In this document: positions 56,101 to 63,102 of the stretch, one piece after another
Numbering within the stretch: the first letter of the stretch is position 1
Layout of the letters: every line of letters begins with the position of its first letter
Source: Limisphaerales bacterium
GTDB taxonomy: Bacteria > Verrucomicrobiota > Verrucomicrobiia > Limisphaerales > AAA164-E04
Direction: 5' to 3'
DNA: 64,000 bases
NCBI GenBank assembly: GCA_965227305.1
Contig: OZ245740.1
Span: 9,302,512-9,366,511 of the forward strand
The notes under the pieces: model-generated
What the model was told of the DNA's origin: nothing
The model's database searches: none
The model's input: only the letters and a program-made list of their open reading frames with translations
Translations under genes and position numbers: made by a program

Positions 56101-56775
56101 ATCAGTTTAGCCCCGGACAACCGCACGCTGATTGTTTCGGTGACCGACAATGGATTGACCGATCTTTGGGCCGAAGTATGGGATTTCGAGACGGGAGAGC
56201 CGACGGGTGCGCGACTCCGGCACCAAGATGGAGTCGTACATAGTGAGTTTGGTCCGGAGGGTAAACTGTTGGCGACGGCGAGTGAAGATGGCTATGTGAA
56301 AATCTGGAACTGGGATCGTGGGCGCTACACCTTGCGGTTCGCGATCGAGAATGAGAATGATGTGCAACGCGTGACCTTTTCGAGCGGAGGCCGGTGGGTG
56401 GCGGCCGTGATGTCGGATCGCGTCCAGCTGTGGGATCTCGAGCGAGGGACGCCGCTCGGACCGGGGGTGATGCGGCTCTGGGGAGGTAATCAGAGTATTG
56501 CCGGCGCGATGTTTGCTCCGGATGATTCCGCACTCTTAGTTCAACGGGAGAGAGGTGATGTCGTGTCGCTTTCCCTCATCCCGGAGGAGCGTACTTTGAA
56601 AGCGTTGCTTCCGCTCGTAGAGCTATTGTCGTCGCAGCGCAACGATCCCCGGTATGGGCTACAACCGCTAGAGACCACTGAGATGGAGGCGCTCTGGAAA
56701 GCGGTTTCGAAGGACTATCCGGAAGTCTTCGAGGTCTCAGAACAAGAACTGGATCGCTGGAATCGCGATCGATGA
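53188..56775 (+). CDS. Ser/Thr protein kinase - TM - WD40/beta-propeller fusion protein
   Basis: Kinase motifs GEGGFGEVY, VAVK, HRDLKPSNIL, DFGIAK, GTPAYMSPE. TM segment ALAAVAVLGLVCAAGVMAFF, then ~800 aa with WD-like blades (VWDL, VRVWG, VKIWNW, VQLWDL). The start could be the ATG at 53188 or the TTG at 53134, which overlaps the sigma gene. Confidence 0.85.
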   Translation: MKEDSNRDSDFPDGENPDSEIALQAADLLRIALTAGGPGGRPEEAMEGQVLGGRYRIVSLLGEGGFGEVYRAEQIAPVKRDVAVKILKGEVRRDEARARFEGERQALARMSHAHIAKFFDAGVSEGGRLYFVMEFVSGDSITRYCHKKAVDLRGRLEMFRKVCDAVQHAHQRGVIHRDLKPSNILVEDQDGVGVPKVIDFGIAKAMSPEVGDSLFVTRSEALMGTPAYMSPEQAELGAAVVDTRSDVYSLGVILNELLTGSLPHELTGKSHHQVRQTIIDDDPIPPSVRVRMNQGRSSKAVAKKLSLKLDQLSRSLRGDLDAIVLQALERERNDRYSSPLDLSLDVDSYLNDRPVMARSLGLGYRVVKLVKRRKQRALAAVAVLGLVCAAGVMAFFRAQDRERQIGATLAAGTRALERDDLLGALVPYVSAMDLERSDSRAQRTHRHRVGLIMNSLPRLGQMWFPGVSVTKVAVAPSGEEVAVGCEDSLVRVYRMGEDEPRVTLPHEAGKVFDLKYSSDGRFLVVGYAPSDMVVWRVETGSKEKVIETDDKITSLTFLDGDDRLILGTLRSGLYPNLLVGNWREDAVFSEIPLGEDTTYPNVNSLGIGAVGENPIVIAAPVEGPIHFLDGETLEPKGELREPWLGWKGNLGVHPNLPEFAFAMERSVRLVNLETLEEFDSVEHEHHVSSVSYSPDGRFLVTSGLDKTVRVWGRNETDGNVEYRLVCAPIRHGSETQSSTFAPDSRRLVVGTDSGIVSVWDLAPINWAVDNLASRLTKNGKYLFSQTGDELVISRLEGSIVERIEGDIAASEVYVSADEQRFLICGPTAEKGAESPLTIRVLARQAGQLVPLLNRELEAEASILAVDPGIERVVYSLTNDDQAVLSLLDVNGGETVRSVLSREQGASEYHRPFEQPKSRFHGIRGVFFDPVNESAIFCFTAAKVFHGVIGEPLDFYGEAENPGYRSSFVISHISLAPDNRTLIVSVTDNGLTDLWAEVWDFETGEPTGARLRHQDGVVHSEFGPEGKLLATASEDGYVKIWNWDRGRYTLRFAIENENDVQRVTFSSGGRWVAAVMSDRVQLWDLERGTPLGPGVMRLWGGNQSIAGAMFAPDDSALLVQRERGDVVSLSLIPEERTLKALLPLVELLSSQRNDPRYGLQPLETTEMEALWKAVSKDYPEVFEVSEQELDRWNRDR

Positions 56776-56780
56776 TCACA

Positions 56781-56819
56781 CCCACCTTCAATCGGTTGTG
56801 CGGCGCGATTGAAGTGGGG
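56781..56819. terminator. imperfect hairpin between convergent genes
   Basis: CCCACCTTCAATCG (56781-56794) pairs with CGATTGAAGTGGGG (56806-56819): 9 perfect bp, then a 2-nt mismatch. It lies between the kinase stop (56775) and the 165-aa gene stop (56854). Confidence 0.35.
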
Positions 56820-56853
56820 GCGGGCGGAGGTGGTTCCTGGTATCTCAGCTGTC

Positions 56854-57348
56854 CTAAGCTTGGGCGATGCGGCCAAGTTCCGTGACGATCGTTTCGAGTT
56901 CGCTTTGAAGCTCCGCAAGCTGTTGGAAGAAGGTTTGGTAGTCCTCCCATTTCGACTCGTCGTCTACGAAACCGGACGGATTATGTTTTTCAGCTGTGGC
57001 CTGGGATAGTTCATACTTGGAGAAGCTAGTGTGCCACTGGGTGAGGAATGGGCGCAGTCTCTCGTTTAGGATGGAAAGGGCTGCGGCACCAACTGAGTCG
57101 GTCTCTTTCGCGACGTCCGGGCCCGCGGCCTTGAGGACATTGCGCGTGATTTCGAAGAGACTGTAGAGTGAGTTTAGGGCTTCACGGATGGATCCGTGAT
57201 GAGCTTCAAGCGGCTGGACGGTAACCCGAGTCGTGAGTTCGATGTACAGAGCCCAGGCAGCATTCCGTTGAACCGGAGTGACCTCGATGTTGAGGGCGCC
57301 CACATGGGGCAGATTGACGCGGATTTTTGGTGTTCTTATTTCACTCAT
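56854..57348 (-). CDS. unknown ~165-aa helical protein, paralog A
   Basis: The ATG at 57348 (MSEIRTPKIRVNLPHVG...) is chosen because the alignment with the 63103..63666 product begins there. Shared blocks are NLP, AAWALY(I/V)EL-x-TRV, GS(I/V)REAL-x-SL, SVG, LNE-x2-RP-x-L-x2-WHTS. There is no signal peptide or TM. Confidence 0.65.
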   Translation of the reverse strand: MSEIRTPKIRVNLPHVGALNIEVTPVQRNAAWALYIELTTRVTVQPLEAHHGSIREALNSLYSLFEITRNVLKAAGPDVAKETDSVGAAALSILNERLRPFLTQWHTSFSKYELSQATAEKHNPSGFVDDESKWEDYQTFFQQLAELQSELETIVTELGRIAQA

Positions 57349-57410
57349 CGTATTGCTCGGTTGTTTTTGTTTTTTGCTTTGTCTGGTTGATGGCTGTGGT
57401 GCTGCCGCTG

Positions 57411-59936
57411 CTACCAAGGATTCTGGCTCGGCCATTGGCCCAGCTTTTGCAAGAATGGCTTGGCCAGAGATCGGTTCCATTGTTGAGAGGCGAGAGTTTT
57501 TACGTTGCCGTTCCGAAACCAGAACGATTCGTGCTTTTCGTGGTATACAAGATTGTCAAAGCCCCGACCGTGGTTTCGGGCATTCGTTTGGATCAAAACT
57601 CGGAAACACCAGTCCCAGGCTTCGGTTCCGAGCAACAGATCCGGAAAGTGTTCGACCTGCTCTCGCCACCATTCTTGGGTAAAGGCAACGAGATCCACAC
57701 CGTTGAATCGTTCTCCTTGTTGAACCTCGTTCTTGGTTAGTAGCCGATCGAGTCGATCGAAGTCTCGGCGTGCTGAATAGCAAGCTTCAGTGGATTTCAA
57801 GGTTTCGCGAATCTGTTTGGGAGCCTGCGGCGAGAGGCAGACGTCGGTATTGGTCAATACTAGTAGGCTTTCTGCGGGTGCTTCCTCCAGCATGAGCGAG
57901 ATGACGTCTTTGACATAGGGGAGCCGACGGCCTCCATCACGAAATAGGCGGGGGAGGTTGTCGTAGTCGATCGGGCAGAGCTGCCAGCGGTCTGATTGGC
58001 TGACCCATTGCCGGGAAGCAGCCGCTAAGTGGTTGCGTCTTTGGGTTGCCTGATCGAGTGGGTGGTGCAGCACGAAGCCATTGGAGATCATGGGCTCATC
58101 GGGTGGTCCCTGAGTCCGTATTGGTACGGTAAAATTTGATGGTGTGCGATAGGCCCTTTGACCGCTTCGATGTTCAAATCGCGGAATCCCGGATGGGGCT
58201 GAATGGGCTAGGGTTCCTTTTGAATAGGTGGATTCGGCTGGCTCTGGAGTCAGGTTTGGGATTGTTTTCCAAAGGGCAAAGCTAAAGCAGCCACTCCCGC
58301 CCAGGTAGGCATCGAAGAAAGCTCCGTGAATAGCCAACCAGCGAATGAATTCGACACACTTCCAGTGGCGCTCCCGGTCGATGACCAGTTGTCCCGAGTC
58401 GAGAAGCGGATGATCGTCTGCATTGAGTCCAAACCACTTCCAGGAGGGATCCCCATCGCTCATGTTGACGATGTCTTTCCATACCATGACGCCGTGGGAT
58501 TGGTAAGCTGGGCTTTTGAAGAGGGAATCAAGCTCGGAGACGGCACATGAATCCGCATCGAGTAAGAGGACGTGTCGATACTGCGTATGGGTGAGGGCGT
58601 ATGCCTTGAGTCGCCAGTCCATTGTCGGGGCGTGTTTTGAATCGGTCTGGATGATTCGAATGTTTAGGCGCTCCAGTTCCTCGGTGTTGGATTCCGGAAT
58701 CGAATAGCTGTCTCCCACCCAAAGTTCGACCGGGAGCCGTGGTTCATACTTCCGCAGGTGTCGGAGTGATATCAGGGCATTGTGGAAGAAGTGGCGGGTC
58801 CCTGCACAACAGACGATTCCGGTTCCCTTCATTTTAGGTGGCTGGGTGGCGAGGGCATGGACGGTGTGTTCAATGGCTACGCGTGCCGCTGAGGCACTCA
58901 TGCCCTCCGATTCGAATCGACTTCTAGGCGTTGCTTTGATGGCTTGAGCGGCCTTTTTCCATTCCCCGGCACTGAGCGATTGGCAGACGCCGCCGTCATA
59001 GTAAAGGGATACTCGCTTTGAGACATCCTGTGGCGTGATTAGATCCATACAGCGGGGGAGGTTCTCGCGAACATCCACGCAGAGTTTTTTGGATTCATCT
59101 CTCGGATCATTGTCGTAGAGCGGAGTGACGCGGGCTTTCCAACATCCGGCGGTGGCGCAGCATGGGAGGGCTCCGATGGTATGGATAAATTGATGACTGG
59201 GATAAGCCTCCCAGTTCGGAGGCTCTCGGCCGCCGGCAACCACGACACAGGGTCTTTCCCCGGGGCGATAGCGGGGGCTGGGAGTCGCCGCAGCGAGATG
59301 CATCAGGAACGTTACCCCGCAGAGAACGCCTTCCGCATGATACATGAGCCGGACCATCTGACGGATCGAGGTTTGTCCACGTAGATCGAGTGCGTTTTTG
59401 AGAAACGGATGCCAGTGCCCGCTTTGTCCGACTTGCACGAAGAGTATCTTGCCGCCGAAGTGATTGACGACTTCTTGGTAACGTTCCGAGCTCCACCACT
59501 TGATGGTCACGTCGAACTTCCCCCCGGCGCAGACGATCCAAAACGGGACATCGGAACCGATCTGCTCTCGAACCTGCGAATGCCAACTCCGTTCGGCAGG
59601 AGACAGGTGGATGTCTCCGCGAAACTCCGTTGGGCGCATGTTCAGGCCGAGTCGATGGTTCAGAAACTCGACGAAACCTTGCAGACAGTGGACCGGCTCC
59701 CGATTTGCTCGGTTGATGAGTGGATAGCCGCAGTCCAACTGCAGGCACTCCGGATCATCTTCTGAGAGTGGCGTAATGTAGGGATTGTGTTCCCATAGTT
59801 CTCTTGCGCTCGTGCGAACATCGGTGAGGAATCGACCGGGATAGTGGCGATGCAGATCTCGGACGGCGCCGGTTAACATGACGATGTCTCCCGGCGACAG
59901 TCCGCAGCGGAGGATCAGCTTGGTGGGGGCACTCAT
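57411..59936 (-). CDS. three-module glycosyltransferase fusion protein (GT9-like + GT-A DxD module + third GT-A-like module)
   Basis: 841 aa. Residues ~1-340 are heptosyltransferase (GT9)-like (KLILRCGLSPGDIVMLTGAVRDLHRHYPG...NPYI) with the Cys cluster LPCCATAGCWK...C...C. The middle resembles the putative-mannosyltransferase type (GIVCCAGTRHF...LPVELW...HVLLLDADSCAV). The C-terminal ~200 aa carry LLVLTNTDVCL. Family names are recalled from memory. Confidence 0.7.
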   Translation of the reverse strand: MSAPTKLILRCGLSPGDIVMLTGAVRDLHRHYPGRFLTDVRTSARELWEHNPYITPLSEDDPECLQLDCGYPLINRANREPVHCLQGFVEFLNHRLGLNMRPTEFRGDIHLSPAERSWHSQVREQIGSDVPFWIVCAGGKFDVTIKWWSSERYQEVVNHFGGKILFVQVGQSGHWHPFLKNALDLRGQTSIRQMVRLMYHAEGVLCGVTFLMHLAAATPSPRYRPGERPCVVVAGGREPPNWEAYPSHQFIHTIGALPCCATAGCWKARVTPLYDNDPRDESKKLCVDVRENLPRCMDLITPQDVSKRVSLYYDGGVCQSLSAGEWKKAAQAIKATPRSRFESEGMSASAARVAIEHTVHALATQPPKMKGTGIVCCAGTRHFFHNALISLRHLRKYEPRLPVELWVGDSYSIPESNTEELERLNIRIIQTDSKHAPTMDWRLKAYALTHTQYRHVLLLDADSCAVSELDSLFKSPAYQSHGVMVWKDIVNMSDGDPSWKWFGLNADDHPLLDSGQLVIDRERHWKCVEFIRWLAIHGAFFDAYLGGSGCFSFALWKTIPNLTPEPAESTYSKGTLAHSAPSGIPRFEHRSGQRAYRTPSNFTVPIRTQGPPDEPMISNGFVLHHPLDQATQRRNHLAAASRQWVSQSDRWQLCPIDYDNLPRLFRDGGRRLPYVKDVISLMLEEAPAESLLVLTNTDVCLSPQAPKQIRETLKSTEACYSARRDFDRLDRLLTKNEVQQGERFNGVDLVAFTQEWWREQVEHFPDLLLGTEAWDWCFRVLIQTNARNHGRGFDNLVYHEKHESFWFRNGNVKTLASQQWNRSLAKPFLQKLGQWPSQNPW

Positions 59937-59965
59937 GGGAGCAATGAGAGAGGGTGAGAGTCGGA

Positions 59966-60265
59966 TTAGGGACCAGCGCAGGGAGACGGACTATCCCAAT
60001 CGGGACTCGTGCTGGGCGAGGGCCTATCGTAGTCCGGGCTCGTGCTCGGCGAGGGGCGATCATAGTCCGGGCTGGTGCTTGGTGACGGGCGATCATAGTC
60101 CGGGCTCGTGCTTGGCGATGGGCGGTCCCAATCGGTGTCTGGACAGTCGCCGGGATGGGTTCCTGTCGGGCCGTTTGTCGTGCCTGTGCCTGAGCGGTCG
60201 GCGGCAATGATTCGTAGTTCTTGCCCTGGTTGGAGGACGATGGTGACTGGTTTGGAATTCGGCAT
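59966..60265 (-). CDS. 99-aa protein with Ser/Thr/Pro-rich 11-aa tandem repeats
   Basis: The ATG at 60265 gives MPNSKPVTIVLQPGQELRIIAADRSGTGTTNGPTGTHPGDCPDTDWDRPSPSTSP(DYDRPSPSTSP)x3 DWDSPSPCAGP. The stop lies 30 nt before the glycosyltransferase ATG. An alternative ATG exists at 60313. Confidence 0.55.
   Translation of the reverse strand: MPNSKPVTIVLQPGQELRIIAADRSGTGTTNGPTGTHPGDCPDTDWDRPSPSTSPDYDRPSPSTSPDYDRPSPSTSPDYDRPSPSTSPDWDSPSPCAGP
59992..60123. repeat. four tandem 33-bp units (plus a degenerate fifth to 60156) encoding the 11-aa repeat
   Basis: Units at 59992-60024, 60025-60057, 60058-60090 and 60091-60123. The last two differ at a handful of positions (GATCATAGTCCGGGCT(G/C)GTGCTTGG(T/C)GA(C/T)GGGC). 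Confidence 0.85.
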
Positions 60266-60627
60266 GATGAGGGTCTCTCTGACTAGTTGTACTTTTGTGT
60301 TTCGGTCTCGCAAAGCGGGACCTATTCAAGTTACGAAGCAAAATCGGACGAGTCGTCTTTTTGATTTTACTTTGTATTAGTCCTAATCAGCGACGGCGCC
60401 AGTCGGGTTGCATTCTCGTCGAAAAAAAAGTGACGGCTGCAGATTCTTACGGCTCGCGCTCGAGCATGAGAGTTTCTCTTCAATTGCAACCCTGTGTCGG
60501 ATTTAGCTTAAAGGATTTGGAAGAATGTTGTTCTCCAGTCCGGAACGCGACTGTGCGCGTTGGCTGAGGACTCTGCCTTGAGGCAGGAAGGATTCAATCT
60601 ATAGCAAATGTAGCGAAGGCAGTTTAT

Positions 60628-63048
60628 ATGAGTTCGAGAGCAGAGCCGGAATCACACGTAGAGACGGAAGCCATGACCCTAGATACCGGTTCGGGGTGTT
60701 ACTATGTGAGAATCATTCCGACGATTCCGAGGGCGGGGATGGACTATTTTCATGGTACGATTCGGATTGAGAGTATTGAAGACACCAGAATCTGTAGCGG
60801 CGATATCTACCGACACTTGGAGGGTACGACTGGGCCGGAAACATCTTTTGGTGCGGCGGATGCAATTCCCATTTTTCCCCGCGATCAATACTCCTGCTAT
60901 TTGGAAACCGCAGTCATTGAAGAAGCTTCTCCGGATGCGGACGAGTTTTCGGTGGAGCTAAAACTCTTTGCCTATGAGTCCAAGTCAGCGGAGTTGCTTG
61001 ACTGTGGAAAACGAATGCTGCGGCTCGCCCGAGCGGAAGCCCCCAAAGCCCTCATAGGAACCTCTTTTGGGGAACGATTCTATCGCGGAGAAATGAGAGC
61101 CGCAGGGGGGAGGCTTGAGGGAGTCGTGGAGATGGGGCGGGTGTCAGAGACTTATTTTCGGCGGGTTTCATTGGAAATCGATTGCATGCCAGACTGCTCG
61201 GCGCCGTTGGATAACGGAAGCGGAGTAGAATGGAGAGACGTTTTTGAGAATATTGGTTGGAAGCTCGATGCGTTGCGGGTTGAGGATGTACCGGAAACAG
61301 AGCTTCGGAAGGCCTTCCCGAGCGTGGGGCGGGTTTGGTCGACGAGTCAGTTGCATGCGGCAATGGAAACGTTTCGCTCGCCGGACGCGGACTTGGATCA
61401 GAGATGGCACTACCATCTCTTGTGCGTGCCGCAGATAGCCGGGTTCGGTCGCGGGGTCATGTATGATGGGGCCGTGAATGAGGCGGGGTCGCCGCCGCGG
61501 GAAGGGGCCGCCATTGCTTCCGACTACCGTTTTCCAGAGGCGGAGGATGTGGATTGTGACGCTCGTGAGTCCCGATTGTGGGGCTATACCCAATTTGCGG
61601 GCGATCAATTCTCCCAAGCGAGTGCGCTCTACTTTCGGACCGCGGTTCATGAAGTCGGGCATCTCTTTGGCTTGGGCCACAATCAGCGTGATGATGGCTT
61701 CATGACTGCCAGTAATATCGTCGCTCGAAATAACTCACTTCGGCGGGTTGCCGGATTGTTTCAGAAATGGGGGAATGCCGCCTGCGAACTCAAGATATTG
61801 GAGAGTGGAACGAAGGACTTCCGAATGATGACGGAAAAAGCGTACGAGATACTGAGTGAACTTGATGAGGGGGAAGCGGAGGAGAAAGCGCCCTACTTCC
61901 GGCAGAAGCATGCGATTGCGAAGCACATCCGAGACACGCACGCGTTTACGACCATTGATGCGGCGGAAGAGTATGACCAGTTGATCGACTCGATTCGGGC
62001 TTTTCCCGACAACATCCAATGGCAATTTGGCGATCTGGATCTTCGTCATTTGCGTCATGGGCCGGACGCCGCCGTGCGGCCGGGATCTCGCTGTGGGACT
62101 GGTGCGATCGAACAAGGAGATGAGACACGGCCGGAACAAGCATCGGGGATGGAACTTGAGTTGGTGCCGTTGGAGCCGACCTTTCCGTTAGGTGCGCCGG
62201 TTCGAGTGTTTTATCGAATTCGAAATACGACTCATTGGACATCCCGACCAACCTGGCTCCAAGCACCGGGCAGTCTCGCGCTCAAGGCCGGCTGCGTTTC
62301 ATTTGAAGTGCGGTCGCCCAGCGGTCGCCGTACGGAGATCCGTGCGCTGATGACCATGGAAGATCAGGAGGATGTTCCCGTCATCCTGGGACCCGGAGCC
62401 TCGCGAAGCCATGCGGCAACCTTGTTTGCCAATGGGAGCGAGTGTGCGTTCCCGGAAGCTGGCGACTATGAGATTCGGGCTCGGGTCGAGTGGACTCAAC
62501 CTGTGACCGAGTATGGAACCTGCGTGGAGCCTCCGAAATTCCATTTGTCTCGCGCGACGAGTGTTCGGGTGGAGGCACCGACAGATTCGAAACACGCGAT
62601 TCAAGCCCGGGACCTCATTTCTCGAAATGATCTTCAGCGCGGTATTGTCATTCGAGCGGGAGTGCGCAACGAGAAGACGCCGTTGGAAGCTTATTTTGAT
62701 TCGATCGGATCGGAATCCCCTCTCTGCCGTCACTTTCAAGCCACCTTTGCTCGGGCAGCATTTGAGCGGAATCGCTACGGTTCAGCAGGAGAGGTGGTTA
62801 GCGAACTCAAGCATGCCGCGGATCTGATTACGGAATCGATGGTTCTAACGCCGGCAGAAATCACCTGCTTTTTGGATTGGATCGCTGAGAACGAGACGTC
62901 CCTGGGGGCGGATGGGGTGCGCGCGAAAAAGGCCCTTCTTGGGCACGCCAAAACAGTAAGGAAGCGAATTCCTCGTGCCGAAGCGGATGAACAGCTCTCA
63001 AAGTTGCTGGATCGCTTCGGGATTCAAGCGAAGTTTGGGAGCCTGTAG
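60628..63048 (+). CDS. signal-less 806-aa protein with metzincin zinc-binding motif
   Basis: HEVGHLFGLGHN (HExxHxxGxxH, nt 61648-61680) around residue 341. There is no N-terminal hydrophobic segment. A beta-sandwich-like middle region is followed by a helical C-terminal region. Confidence 0.65.
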   Translation: MSSRAEPESHVETEAMTLDTGSGCYYVRIIPTIPRAGMDYFHGTIRIESIEDTRICSGDIYRHLEGTTGPETSFGAADAIPIFPRDQYSCYLETAVIEEASPDADEFSVELKLFAYESKSAELLDCGKRMLRLARAEAPKALIGTSFGERFYRGEMRAAGGRLEGVVEMGRVSETYFRRVSLEIDCMPDCSAPLDNGSGVEWRDVFENIGWKLDALRVEDVPETELRKAFPSVGRVWSTSQLHAAMETFRSPDADLDQRWHYHLLCVPQIAGFGRGVMYDGAVNEAGSPPREGAAIASDYRFPEAEDVDCDARESRLWGYTQFAGDQFSQASALYFRTAVHEVGHLFGLGHNQRDDGFMTASNIVARNNSLRRVAGLFQKWGNAACELKILESGTKDFRMMTEKAYEILSELDEGEAEEKAPYFRQKHAIAKHIRDTHAFTTIDAAEEYDQLIDSIRAFPDNIQWQFGDLDLRHLRHGPDAAVRPGSRCGTGAIEQGDETRPEQASGMELELVPLEPTFPLGAPVRVFYRIRNTTHWTSRPTWLQAPGSLALKAGCVSFEVRSPSGRRTEIRALMTMEDQEDVPVILGPGASRSHAATLFANGSECAFPEAGDYEIRARVEWTQPVTEYGTCVEPPKFHLSRATSVRVEAPTDSKHAIQARDLISRNDLQRGIVIRAGVRNEKTPLEAYFDSIGSESPLCRHFQATFARAAFERNRYGSAGEVVSELKHAADLITESMVLTPAEITCFLDWIAENETSLGADGVRAKKALLGHAKTVRKRIPRAEADEQLSKLLDRFGIQAKFGSL

Positions 63049-63102
63049 AACCAGTGGCATCAGGTTTGTTTTGTTAGTTTGAAACATTAAATCACTTGAG
63101 TG

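Noticed and set aside
57019-57048. The shared motif RP-x-L-x2-WH in the two unknown paralogs (RPFLTQWH / RPRLVVWH) loosely fits the HEPN Rx4-6H pattern. The coordinates are approximate.
   Set aside because: The pattern is short and permissive, the residue after Arg is Pro rather than the usual polar residue, and I cannot verify a HEPN fold by eye. It is worth testing by HHpred but not worth calling.
59992-60156. Considered whether the regular 33-bp tandem repeats could be a CRISPR array.
   Set aside because: The units are directly adjacent with no spacers, they stay in frame as an 11-aa protein repeat, and no cas genes or leader are nearby.
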